Below are positions 40,136-51,835 of a stretch of 64,000 bases of DNA, in pieces; within the stretch, counting starts at the first letter, position 1; the number at the start of each line of letters is the position of its first letter. The stretch comes from Isurus oxyrinchus (Eukaryota): NCBI GenBank assembly GCA_026770705.1, contig JANJGN010000015.1, forward strand, positions 116,808,001 through 116,872,000, read 5' to 3'. The position numbers were made by a program, and so were the translations under genes. The notes beneath the pieces are model-generated. The model was not told the DNA's origin. It searched no databases and saw only the letters and a program-made list of their open reading frames with translations.

Positions 40136-40271
40136 GCGTTCTGGCTCCAATCTCTTTCCCCTGCACTCTGACCCGATTACCATAGCAGCATATTTCCTCG
40201 CTTGTAACTCGGAAAAATGTCTGATTGCCGAGTCAGATTATTGTAAGGAAATCAAGCAAGGGTTTTTTTCT

Positions 40272-40385
40272 GGGGGAGGAAGGGGTTGTGGGGGTGGGGG
40301 GGGGGGGGGGGGGGTGCGGGGGTGGAGGGAGTGGAGGGAGTTGGGGAGGCGGGGGGGGGTGGTGAGGGCGCTGGCCCGGAGGAGG
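40272..40385 (+). repeat. G-rich tract with G-quadruplex potential
   Basis: More than eight G3+ runs with short spacers, including a 19-nt G homopolymer. Confidence 0.75.
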
Positions 40386-41189
40386 AGTCGGAATACACAG
40401 AATACAGCCAGAACACCGCATCGTTCTTCCGACAGTGTCTTGTACAAGTCAACCAACACGGCTCTTGAAGTTAGCAGTTTTCCCTCCTACCCAGAGATTC
40501 CCATACTCAAAACAATATTTGCAAAGCATTTTAATTAATTGAGCCTCACGCCACTGCAACATCGACAAAGTTCTAATTTGTATTTTTTTGTAAAACGTAT
40601 TGAAATCACGATTACCAAATACACGACGATTGGATTTGTCAAGAAAATTTGTTTTTTAAAGTAAAAAGGACACAAAATGTTCGTAAAAATAACTTTACAA
40701 TACAGACAAGAAGAAAAGATCACCGCTGATGTAAAGATAAAATGTCTATATATAGTTATAAAGTGATAACTGTGCAATTGATTTCTTAAATCTACATGTT
40801 TCATATAGATTTGACGTGTCCAAATATATACATGGCAATAATTTTCCTAATCTAATATCCGCATGTGCACAGAGACAAACGTTTACAAATATGAATCTCC
40901 ACTATGTACAATTTAAAACCCCTTTCTAAGGCGATGGGATGCCCTTGAGTAGTCATCTTGCGAGTGCGCAAGGAAAAACTGTTCTCCATAAATAAGACAT
41001 TGGCATCACTCAGAGTTGGAGAAAAAGCTCTTAAAAAGTTTTCGATAACTTTTATTGAAACCGTCAATTTTCACATTGATCTGATGTGCTATTCCAATTT
41101 ACTTTAATTATCGAGAACTGTTTTTCCAGCTTCCATTCTGTTTTGTCAGTTTCTCTTATTGTGACAAACAACTCGATTTCAAGTTAAGA

Positions 41190-41570
41190 GCATTCTAATC
41201 ATTGGCTGCCTCCCCTATATATGAAATCTGTCCTGTCCGCATTGATCCTGGCCTTACAGCCCCCGGGTGCAGTAATTGCTTTATTGGAAACCCATTACCG
41301 TGGCTACTTTCCCCCCGCGCAGCAGTTAAACATCAAAATCTTTCACAACTTCTTTGTTTACTGTTTCAATTACTTGGTTTTAATAAACAATCCATTACCT
41401 TCTAAACATCGAATCATAAAACGCTAGCAATTAGCATTCCCATCTGCTATTTAAAAATCCCCAGATCTGACGGGAGAAATTTACCAGGGTTGCTTGGTGC
41501 AATACAATCTTAATTCTTTCTGAATTTGCAATCCTGTCTATTCAGCCCGTTCTGATTACAACACCTATGA
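41190..41570. promoter_or_regulatory. Putative conserved non-coding element / intronic enhancer
   Basis: Unique, non-repetitive sequence dense in motifs: ACATCAAA (TCF-like), TGTTTAC and TAAACAA (Fox), TAAT cores, TTTATTG (posterior Hox/Cdx). Lies ~3.5 kb into intron 1 of a developmental regulator. Conservation not tested. Confidence 0.45.
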
Positions 41571-44500
41571 TATTTGTTTCACTCGGTTTTTTAAGACTGT
41601 ACAAATATCATGAATTTGATAGATTAACGCTGACCCGAGTTTTAAATGACTTCGAAACAACAGAGAAAGGATCCACTGGTCAGGCGATTAAAAAACAAAA
41701 AAAAAAAAAATACCTTTGTGAAATGATCTAGCCGGTAGTTGGAATTTGGTAGTGCAGCATTAAATAAACACGTTGATGTTTAAAAGGGCATTAAAACCTT
41801 AAAGGTTCCCTTGTTGTAAATCTTCCAGGTGTGCAAGGGTTTGACTGCGTATGCGTGCACTTTAAATACACAGTACTACCAGAGCATGAAAAATAACTAA
41901 TGTCTCCTTGAGATGCCTCAACCTAAACCTACCGAGTGATAATGTTTACAGCTGTTCAAGTTCATCTGAGCGTTGAAAGTGAAATATCTGCTTAAATAAA
42001 ACATCGATTAATTACCTAAATGAAAGTTAAACGAGCAAGCATCGATTCCCCCTCCTTGTTCAAGTGTTTTATTTAACTATCATTCAAACTATCTATTCAT
42101 TAAAAAAAATCAAATTCAAAAATAGAATAATAATATGACGGAGTCATGAAACTCCCTTAAAAATAAACCGAAGAGCAATGCAAAGAATTTTTAGATGTCA
42201 AAGTGTGATATGCGTGTGCGCGTGCGTGTGTACACACATTATATACAGACATACATGTACACACATGGATGTATATAAAAAGCAAATAACAGTCTTTCTG
42301 TCTGGCCACGCACAATTACACTGTTATACACAAGCTGAGTGCTATTGCAGTAGTGTCTGGCAATCTTATTTGTTTATTTTTAACTGTAGGGTTGAATTGT
42401 GGTTTCTCTCTCTCTCCCGCCACCCCGATAACCCCTATCATGAAAATCATAAGTAGGATGTTAAAAGTTAATAGCGCGGGGGCACATATTATCACTTCCA
42501 AGTCCGATCTGGGGAGCAAGTAATGTTATGCACGTGTGTTGTACTGCATTCTTCCACTGAAAAGCGTTCGACCCAATCCCAGTTTAACACAGCTGTTTGG
42601 TACCGTAGTTTTTTTCTTCCTCTTTTCCAACCCTACACACACACTAGCTTTGAAATAAAAATCACTATCAGTCCATTTCTAGTTGCGAGCCCGGTATAAA
42701 TGTAATCAAACCTCCTGGTTCAATTAAACGCACTTTTCTCACTGTCTGATGTTAGCATTTACTACGCATCATTTTTAATGGTAATAATTAGTAACCCGAA
42801 CTCAGCGGGGACCATATCACGCAGACTAAAGACACATTTATTTACAAACAACTTAGAAAAATACTGCGACCCAGCCATTCATCAAACTTCGCCTCTTGAA
42901 AGCAACAAAATATACTGCAATGTAAATGAATTGTGGTCTAAAATTATACCAATTTCTAGAAAAAGATGCTTAGATCCATCAGCCAAATTGTTAATTTATG
43001 CGGGTAACTGCTAAATATTTATAAATACCTTTACATCATATACACACACATACGTACATGCACGTATATGCATACACACATATTCCTAAAATCATACGCA
43101 CTTTAGAATACGAATCATGCATATGAACAGGCTATTTTAAATGCGCCCTCAGTAATTAATCCTTCTCATTAGGGATTTGAAATCAGGGATCATTGGATAC
43201 CAAATCTCTCCAGTGAACAACTTAAAACAAATGCTATTTTGGCCGTGCACCCAGCACAGTGATATGTATATGTAATTTAACTTGGCCTAAATACCAGAAA
43301 ATAAACTTTAATTTCCTATTTCACTTTTGTAAATGCCTGGGCATGTCAATCCATAAAGGGTATAGATTTATTAAACACTTCAAAATACATAAATATAACA
43401 TCAAGTATACAAATATATAAGCATTATTATGCATACATACTATTATATATGAATGTGCAGGCTTGTTTCTGCGTACAGTGGTGACCATTAATAGTACCGG
43501 CAGTTCAAACTTAAAAAAATTAATAATTTGCAACATTTATTTTTCAGAAGGGTTCGGCTAGGTTTAGGAGAGTTCCTGCTTTCCGTATAGTTTGGGAAAA
43601 TAAGCTGACGAGAATAATGAGGTTTCAAACTGAAAGTAGGAGTCAGGCAATCTCACACACACATTCACACTGATCAATGTGGTCATGTTAAGAGAGGCGG
43701 AAGCAGAAAGTGTGGAACACAGCGAAGTCTAAAAAGATACTTTCCAACTAAGAACGGCCCATCTCTTTATAAAAAACAAACAATCGAAACTCGAACAGAT
43801 CTAACCTGCATGCGGCCTCACAGAAAAGTCTACACTCCTGGTACGTGAACATAATTTCATTTTCAACACGCACATACATGCTTTTCTTCCGGCTATGGGT
43901 TAAAGATTAATACCCAGCGCAACTCCAACATTTGACACACCACGAGCGAAAATAAAATATTTCTATAAATTAAAGTATATTTTAAAAAAGATAAAGTTTG
44001 AAAAACTCCCTTCATGCTCCCAGACTTGCTTCCCTTAGATCACTATTTCACGATCTGGCATGGCTAAACTGAAAGTTTAAACTTGTCAGTTGTGTTATTT
44101 CGACCCGATCCCTCCAATTCCTGTGCGATTCTCTCTCGCACTAAATTGACATTGTTAATTCCCCGAAGCAGCCCCCAAAACATTATTCCCGGTTTCTCAG
44201 AAACCCCTGTACGGCTCCGCTCCTAATGGTACTCAGTCTATTAAACGGACTCCCTCAAGATATTTTGCCCCTTTCAAGCAGAGACGAGCAGTTGGCCAGC
44301 AACTTTCAGCTCTTCAACGGTGCTCTAGCGCCCACTATTTAAGACTCTGGGAAAACTGCTTCTACTCTCCAATGGCTCTCGCTATATGTTTTTTTTTACA
44401 AAAGTTACATATCTCTTCGTCAACTTCGATAACTTTCATTTTATTTTTTGTTGTTTCTCTCCAACTTCTCAACCTCTCGGGTCGAGACGCGGGGGGCATG

Positions 44501-44831
44501 GAAGTTTCTCTTGAATGAGAGAAATAAACAAGGTATGGAAACTTGTGCAGAAAGAGAGCTCCGCGCCGCTCTTGTGGCCAGAGCGTTCAAGTCTTAAGTT
44601 CTTGCGCCCCAGCCTTTTCGCGAGCCCGTGGTGCACATCATTCTAATCGTCCCCACTGCATCGACATCATCTGGAGGAGAAAATACATTCCTGATCGCTT
44701 CTTCACAAAGACCATGGGTGTATAGCGGATCGTTTGGCGTTGTTGGTTTTTATGGAGGGTCTTTTTGGAAGCCTATACAGAGGATCTAAAAAAAAGGTGC
44801 GGAGAGATAGGAGAAGAAAATTGGGACCTAC

Positions 44832-44868
44832 TTTTGGCCAGTTTTCTCGCCCTTGCCTTGGATCTCAT
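44832..44868 (-). CDS. PRDM16: PRDM16 (PR/SET-domain zinc-finger protein 16) coding exon 1, 37 nt; gene continues leftward beyond the window
   Basis: Minus strand reads ACAAC-ATG AGA TCC AAG GCA AGG GCG AGA AAA CTG GCC AAA A|GTAGGT = MRSKARARKLAK followed by a phase-1 donor. This is the PRDM16 N-terminus; the paralogue MECOM/MDS1 reads MRSKGRARKLAT. A at -3 gives a good Kozak context, and the exon lies in CpG-rich DNA. Too short for the ORF track. Confidence 0.93.
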
Positions 44869-45110
44869 GTTGTCTGTCGGCGTTGGTCGTGATTTCAGAG
44901 AATCGCACACGCTATCTCCCTGGCATTGTCAGTTTGGACACCTTCGCACATGCGCACAGAGCCTTCAATCTGACACCATCACGCAGGGAAAAGTTTGAAT
45001 ATATTCATCATTTGGCCGCGATCTGTCCTCAACTCCATCAGACCAATTATCTCTGCTTCCCTAACGCCATTTCACATATTATTCCTCTCTGACTTGCATG
45101 AGTTCCTCTT
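44869..45110 (-). promoter_or_regulatory. PRDM16 5' leader / core promoter
   Basis: Directly upstream of the ATG. Contains an NRF1-like TGCGCATGTGC (~44946-44956), a CCAAT box (~45043) and a YY1-like CGCCATTT (~45065); CpG-rich. The TSS cannot be determined from sequence. Confidence 0.7.
44895..44951 (-). other. Upstream ORF in the PRDM16 leader, MCEGVQTDNAREIACAIL*
   Basis: ATG at 44951 and TGA at 44897-44895, ending 26 nt before the main ATG. A second out-of-frame uORF (MPGR*) is nested at 44912-44926. Whether it is transcribed depends on the TSS. Confidence 0.55.
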
Positions 45111-45754
45111 CTAAACCTTGGGAAGGTAAAGTCAGTTTACCTAAAAAAAAACACACGACCTTTATTCAAAATAAAACTAATTTGCAGAGGATCTGCCGTG
45201 GAAATTTACCAAAAAAACAAGTTATCAAATTAGTAATTTTAATTAAGTGCACAAGTTACTCGCGTTAAAAATTCCATGTTAATTGATAATTAGTAGACTT
45301 GACTGATTAATAGTATATACTTTTAGCACAACTGGTAGTGGCAGAGGAACAGATTGGCATGCTATCTGAACTCAATAACGCGCCCTAATAACCCCCATCA
45401 GTTATGACAGTATTAATTAAAGCTATCGATAGCTTTAGCTGATTGAATAGTCCCGGATAACAGCAGTGATTCAACACCCGGTGTTAGTGCTATAGAATAA
45501 TAAACATGGGTTTGGGACTACACAGTTACTACAGATAATTGGCGCTGAGAACCGGACATCTAAAACAGGCACTTTTTTCTGTTCTAAACTGCAGCCTCAG
45601 CACCTTCTCCCCTACCTTAAACATAGCGCAATTCTAATTATTTCACTTAATGTACATTATTTTGAAGGAAGAAAAAAATCGACTATTTTGCATTGTCTTC
45701 TCAGACCGTTTCTCCTCAAGTTCTTCCTTCAAAATGAATGGAACTTGTAGTTTG

Positions 45755-45820
45755 AGAGAGAGAGAGAGGGGGAGAGAGAAAGAGAGAGGGGATTGGGAGA
45801 GAGCGAGAGAAGAAGAAGCT
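45755..45820. repeat. GA-rich microsatellite upstream of the promoter
   Basis: Seen directly. Confidence 0.75.
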
Positions 45821-48800
45821 GAGTCTGAACACAGTAAGTGCTTCGCGTTTCCATCCGTCTCTTGTGTGTGTGTTTTATATAGCTAATTTATGTAATTAGG
45901 ATATATTTTAGCGAGAAAGGTGGTCGAAATATCTTTTGAGATTTGTACTGCAGGTTAAAAAGAGAAAATTGCTATTTTAAAACCCATTGTCAACAAAGAG
46001 AAAAACAGATGAAAATAAAATTGCTACGCAAAATGAATTATTTCAGCGTAGCCCGTATGGGTATGGTTAGTTTAAATGATATGGTTACAAAAAACCAAGT
46101 CTTCAAAAAACAAACTGTCAAAATCTATGTTAAGAATTCTATATTCTCCAGCTTATTAACTACATTTTAATAGATTGCTGGGCTGTGTAAGGGGGTTTAG
46201 TTCCATTAATGTCTTGTTTCTATCCCTCTGCCAGACTAAATGTCTTTGAACTTCAGCGGAGAGACACATTGCGGGCGCCACGTTTTAGGCTATACAACTG
46301 GCGAAGGGTCTTTTGGAAGATTACTACATTCAGTGTTCACGTCCTTACTGACTGATACGCACTTCATAGTAGGAGAAATTATGCCAGTTCATTTCAAATT
46401 CAGTATCCGAGAATCGCTAGAGTATGTTTGTATTTGTTGTAACAGCTTCTTATGGCAAGTGTTTCGTATTTAGATACTGTAAATGTAGATCGTATAGCAT
46501 AACACGCATACTCAAGGTGGGCTGTGGTTACACGGCTGAGGTGTTGGTTGGAGGACGGAGTTCTCAAAGCTGCCCTTGAGACATTTCATATTCTGTATTA
46601 GATTCGCCGTGCTTCTTTAGGTGAGATATATTGTTACTTTATAATCTCTAAAATTAGAAATGTTTCACTATATTTTTTGTAGAAAAATGGCCTCTTCACA
46701 ATGGACAGTGTTTGAGTAAACCCTTAAGAAGTTTCACTGGAACCTGGGAAGAGGAATTAGGAAGATTTTTAAGGAGAAAAGACACGCCATAATTATAGCG
46801 AAAGTGGTATTTCCAAGTGAGCTGCATAATCTGCAATAGCATGATATAAATTTGTAACTGCAAGTCAGAACAACATCTTAGTTTTCTTAAGTAGAATTGT
46901 GTCTCAACTTGTGCCCAGTGCGGGACCCCTTCTGCAAACCCAATGGATAGTGAAGTCCATTATGTTGCTCGAACTAATCCCATGAAATACATCACTGCAG
47001 TCGAAATACGTACGGGGCAAATACCAACGAGCGAAGCGTTAGTTCACTAGTAGATTCCTATTTTCAGAAACTTGGCAAGCTTGATAGTATGTATGCAAAG
47101 TATCCTCTGTCTCTCATACATAAACAACCAGCTACTATAAATATCATTCAGGAATTTGTAGGGCTTGGTATAACTGTTAGATTTAGCGCACTCGATATTT
47201 TATTACTTAAACGAAGGATTGCGATTTACAATTTCAGGTGTGTTGCAAACATCGTTAAACTTGCTCTCCAGCAGTCGGAACCGCGCATAGGAGGAACAGA
47301 GGCCTCTGTGTTCTGGGCTATAACATGTAATCGAATTAGTTTTTACACTGCAACATATTTGAATGAAGGAATACACAAGTGATTCATTGTTAGTACCGAA
47401 GGAAGATAACACCCATTAAGCCAACTCTCTTGTACAATAAATTTATATTTTAATTACTAGGAATATCACGAAGGGCGACAACTATAAAATGCCAATTCGT
47501 TCAGTAATAGTGCAGTAGAAAATGGTTGGATGTATTTACAGTAACAAGATTTTTCTAAAAATTAAATTGAGGCCCGGAATAAATAGGTAATTGGAAACGG
47601 TTTAATTAAAGTGATCATAATACTGATTAAAATTGGATGAATTCGGGTCAAAATGTGTTTGAGAAAGCATTTTTAAAAATACTATCGTCTCAATATAATC
47701 TGTACATTGCATCTCACTCAGTGTCCATTGTTAGTAATTTAAATCGCGGTTATAAGCAGCGAATTAATCTTCATAGTAATATCTGTTACAATGTAATTCT
47801 TATTACGCACAAAACGCGATGAGACGTTTACACAGGTACTTTCATTTTATTTACAACTTATCAATTACAATTGTGTAATGATTCTTGAACGTTTTTATCT
47901 GAATTTAAGTGAGCTGCAAAGTGTTGTCCGGTAACATTAACAGTTACGGCATATGCAGGTCTGCAGAATTTAATAATCTACCCCAGAAATATTTCTGAGT
48001 GTGAGATATAAAGCAGTAGATTAACCCTTAATATGGACAATAAAGTGCGTGCAAATACTGAAGGTACAGATTACAAAATCTCCGTGCGGATGGAATTGTT
48101 TGAAGCCAAATATCTCTCTGTAAAATCGATATATGAAATGAATACAGTGCATGACTACCTCACCTAACTCAACAATCTGACTTTGTCGCCTCTTGTATAA
48201 AATACCGGGCAGTCTGTTTCAACCCGGTTGTGTTTTAATTGTGCAAAAATCTGCGGAAGTAATATGACACGCTACCTGCAGAAGCCACTGGTAATATTTA
48301 AATAAATATTTATTATGTGCATGTGAATACATTTATAAAACATGTATTTCGTAGTTGCATGTTATAAAAGATGGAGAAATAGGATTTAAAAAATAGGCCT
48401 GTGCAGGTGCATTTGCAATATGGGTTGTATTGCTGGGACTCCGACTGACATATCCCGTTTTACCGTTTTCTCCACACAATGGAAATCCAATTGGGAATCA
48501 ATTCTCCTCTATAGCAACCAAATGGTCAGAATAGAACCCAAGCAGTAACTGCACTTCGATTTCAATTCACGAAGCAAACTTCACAGCTCAGCATCAAAAA
48601 ATGTGTATAACGGATCACTGTCTGGTTGAGATTATGGTTTGGCAATAAGGGTTAGAATTACAGGTTCTAATCGGGTTAGGATTATTAATTAGAAATTCGT
48701 GTCTGACATTTAGAAATCTCACTTATACAACCCTTAATTGTGTCAACTGGTAATTAAATTGCGTTAAACAGTTGCTGATGAAGGTCTTCGGGGAATATTT

Positions 48801-49682
48801 TTCTGCTCCATTTGAACAGGCACATTCTCAGAATTAAAGACATTTCGAAATAACATATTATACTATAAATCGGTTTAGATGTAGGAATTTCTGCTTGTTT
48901 CCTGGGAGCAGAGGATGAGCTGAGCTACTTTTGATCAAGGTCAGCTTTGGCGGTTCAGCTGTTTCTCCCCATTCTCGGTCCAATATTGCCATTTTATTCA
49001 TTAGTTTGCATTTTTTCACTCCCTCGTTCTAGTGAAAGTCAAATTATTTGCAAAAGTAAACTTTCCACATGACATTTGCTAAATGCATCTCTTGGCGGTA
49101 AGGTATAACTTGTGCATTCAATAGACAAATTGAGAATATCCATTGGAAATTATAAAATAATACACATAATTTAGTCTGCTATAGACCAGAGATTAAAATC
49201 TGAGAACACAATGAACTCACGTTGAAAAATGATTTCAAAATCAATTAAATGAAATTACAGACAATCTGTTATCAGCCTAAAGCCCCGTGAAATCTCCTTC
49301 TCATCCTTCTCTATCCCCATGTTTCCACCATTAAGCCCCCTGCCTTCCCTTCCCAATACCCCACGAAAATGCGGAGAGAAAAAAAAACTAATTGGAACAG
49401 TTTCCAAATGTGACGCTATAGTCATCTGAGGGTTAAAGCAAACGTCAGATAAGAGCCAATCCACGCAGTAGAGACTAGTTACCAGTAGTGGTCAGTGAGT
49501 ATTGCACCGCGACCAGCCCGCCCCCCAGATTCAGATTTTGAATTCTAGTGAAACCTTTTAATCACACTCTCCACCACCCTCTTTACTTTTCCTTCTTGTC
49601 TTAATACAATTGTGATCATTCTGGACCAGATATTTGTTTATAAAAACGTTCGTAAAAATAACTTTAAATCTCAAATCATCGG

Positions 49683-50460
49683 GACATAGGAAACACAAGA
49701 ACAGGAGTAGACCGCTCAGTCCCTCGGGCCTGCTCCGCCATTCAACCTGTATCTCAATTCCATTTACCTGCATTGGTTCCAGATCTCTTATTGAACAGAA
49801 ATCTATCAATCTCAGTTTGAAATTTACAATTGACATACCTGCAATAGTTTCTTGCGGGAGATAATTCCATATTTCCTTTATGTGAAAAAGTGCTACCTGA
49901 CATCACCGTTGAAAGTCTAACTCTATTTTTTAAGTTACTCACCCTTGTTTTGCTCTCTCCTGTCAAAAAAAAGTTTTTCTCCATTACCCTAAGAAATCCT
50001 TTAATTACGTTAAATACCTCAAATCAGATCATCCCTTAATCTTCTATACCCACGGAACACAAGCCGAGTCTGTGCAATCTGTTCTCATAATATAACCTTT
50101 TTAGCTCCACTATAAATCTGGAGAACCCATCTCCAAGGCCAATATCTCCTTCCTGAGTTGTAGTGTCGGAACTAAAGTCAGTCCTCCAGATGCAGTCTAA
50201 CCAGAGGTTTGTATAACTTTAGTATAACTTCTATCCCTTTGTATTCCAGTCCCATTGATATAAAGGCTAACATTCCACGAGCCTTTTAAATTATTTGTCC
50301 TATTCCATTAGCTTTTAGAAATTCCTTTATATGACACTTAATTTTCTCTGCTGTTGCACAGTTCCTACCTTTTCACTATTGAGAAAGTATTCCAATCACT
50401 TCTGCACATTGAACTCCATTTGCCAGAGTTTCGCCCATTCACTTAATTTGTCAATGCCGC
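49683..50460 (-). mobile_element. CR1 LINE 3' fragment (HER1-like), decayed
   Basis: ACAAGAACAGGAGTAGACCGCTCAGTCCCTCGGGCCTGCTCCGCCATTCAA is the reversed CR1 tail. CACATTGAACTCCATTTGCCA is the reversed WQMEFNV motif. Confidence 0.8.
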
Positions 50461-51139
50461 TTTCCAATGCGGAGAGGTGAACCGGGAGATGATTGTAGAC
50501 TCAGGCCCCAACTCGTCTTATCCTAAGCTAAAGGATTCCTTTTTTATTCTTTAACATTTGACATGCGTTTTGCAAAAGATTACAAGACAGTTTCTTCTAT
50601 CATTGTAGTTGTCTCCAGCATGTTGGTTTTATTTTGCCAAACAACGTGAATCCAATCAAGCCCAAGCCTCGCGAATCAAAATTTGTTAAAATTAGTCGCC
50701 AATACAGGAGGGGTAGTTTTTGATCAAGGCGTTTCCACATTTTGGACTAGTGCTAACTGGAAAATGCGAAATTGACAAATAAAGTTTAAACGCGTCAACA
50801 AAAGATAATGTCCTATTCATTGGAGTCTGGATCTTAGTATTTCAGAGAGGTTAGAATTTCTGCACATAGTGTGTTACAAGTTGTTACCCCTCACTTTATT
50901 TGCTAACATTAAGTAGCGACGGTCAGAATAATTAGAACGTGCACATGTTCACAAACGGAATAGTAAGTACATGCAGTTTTTATAGATGATCAGCAAAGAT
51001 GGGATGGCCATTACTAAGTACAGTTTTAGCTATGGTCACTACTGGTAGAACGATGAGTACCTTGCATGTTTTGTAGACGGTCATTAATAACATACAGTCA
51101 GAGCTTCTGAATAATTATTAATAGTTTGTAGTCAATACA

Positions 51140-51835
51140 TGCAGGGTTTCTGGATGGCCATTAATGGTGAGATAGTTGATGCAGGGTTTCTGGATACCCA
51201 TTAATCGTGGGATGGTCAGTAGATACAAGGTTTCTGATTGGTCACCAGCGGTTCTGAATGGTCATTAGTGGTGAGATGGTGTATATATAGGGTTTCCGGA
51301 TGGTCATTAATGGTGAAATGGTCAGTAGATATAGGGTTTCTGGATGGTCATTAACGGTGAGATGGTCAGTAGGTATAGGGTTTCTAGATGGCCATTAATG
51401 GTGAGATGGTCAGTAGATACATGGTTTCTGGATGATCATTAGTGGTGAAATGGTCAGTTGGTACAGGGTTTCCGGATGGTCATTAATGGCGAGATGGTCA
51501 GTAGGTATGGGGTTTCTGGATGGTCAATAATGGTGAGATGGTCAGCAGGTACGGTGTCTCTGGATGGTCAGTAATGGTGAGATGGTCAGTAGGTACAGGA
51601 TTTCCGGATGGTCATTAATGGTGAGATGGTCAGTAGGTACGGGGCTTATGGGTGGTCATTAATGTGAGATGGTCAGTAGGTACAGGGTTTCTGGATGGTC
51701 AATAATTGTGGTGTAGTCCGTAGATGAATGGTGTCTGAATGACTATTAATGACGAGATCATCAATAGATGCAGGGGTTATGGATGATAATTAATGGTAAA
51801 ATGGTCAGTAGATGCATGATTTCTAAATGATCACT
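51140..51835. repeat. 44-bp minisatellite, ~15 units, with degenerate flanks (~50990-51960)
   Basis: Unit GGGTTTCTGGATGGTCATTAATGGTGAGATGGTCAGTAGGTACA recurs at 51290, 51334, 51378, 51422, 51466, 51510, 51554, 51598, 51642 and onward. Confidence 0.93.

Larger units (their letters stand above)
1..44831 (-). other. PRDM16: PRDM16 intron 1 (proximal ~45 kb)
   Basis: GT donor at 44831-44830. No translation resembling PRDM16 exon 2 (start of the PR domain, ...FTPKEG...) appears in the ORF track. Intron 1 is known to be very long in vertebrates. Confidence 0.85.

Noticed and set aside
39166-40538. Overlapping His/Thr, Leu/Ser and poly-Pro/Gly ORFs
   Set aside because: Translations of TG, GA and poly-G simple repeats.
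44832-44868. MECOM/MDS1 exon 1
   Set aside because: Residue 5 (A, not G) and residue 12 (K, not T) match PRDM16. Only 12 codons are available, so synteny should confirm.
44543-45092. Plus-strand ORFs over the promoter
   Set aside because: Antisense to PRDM16 exon 1, non-ATG starts, no recognisable domain.
51140-51835. CRISPR-like regular array
   Set aside because: Units are contiguous with no unique spacers, there are no cas genes, and the context is vertebrate; it is a minisatellite.
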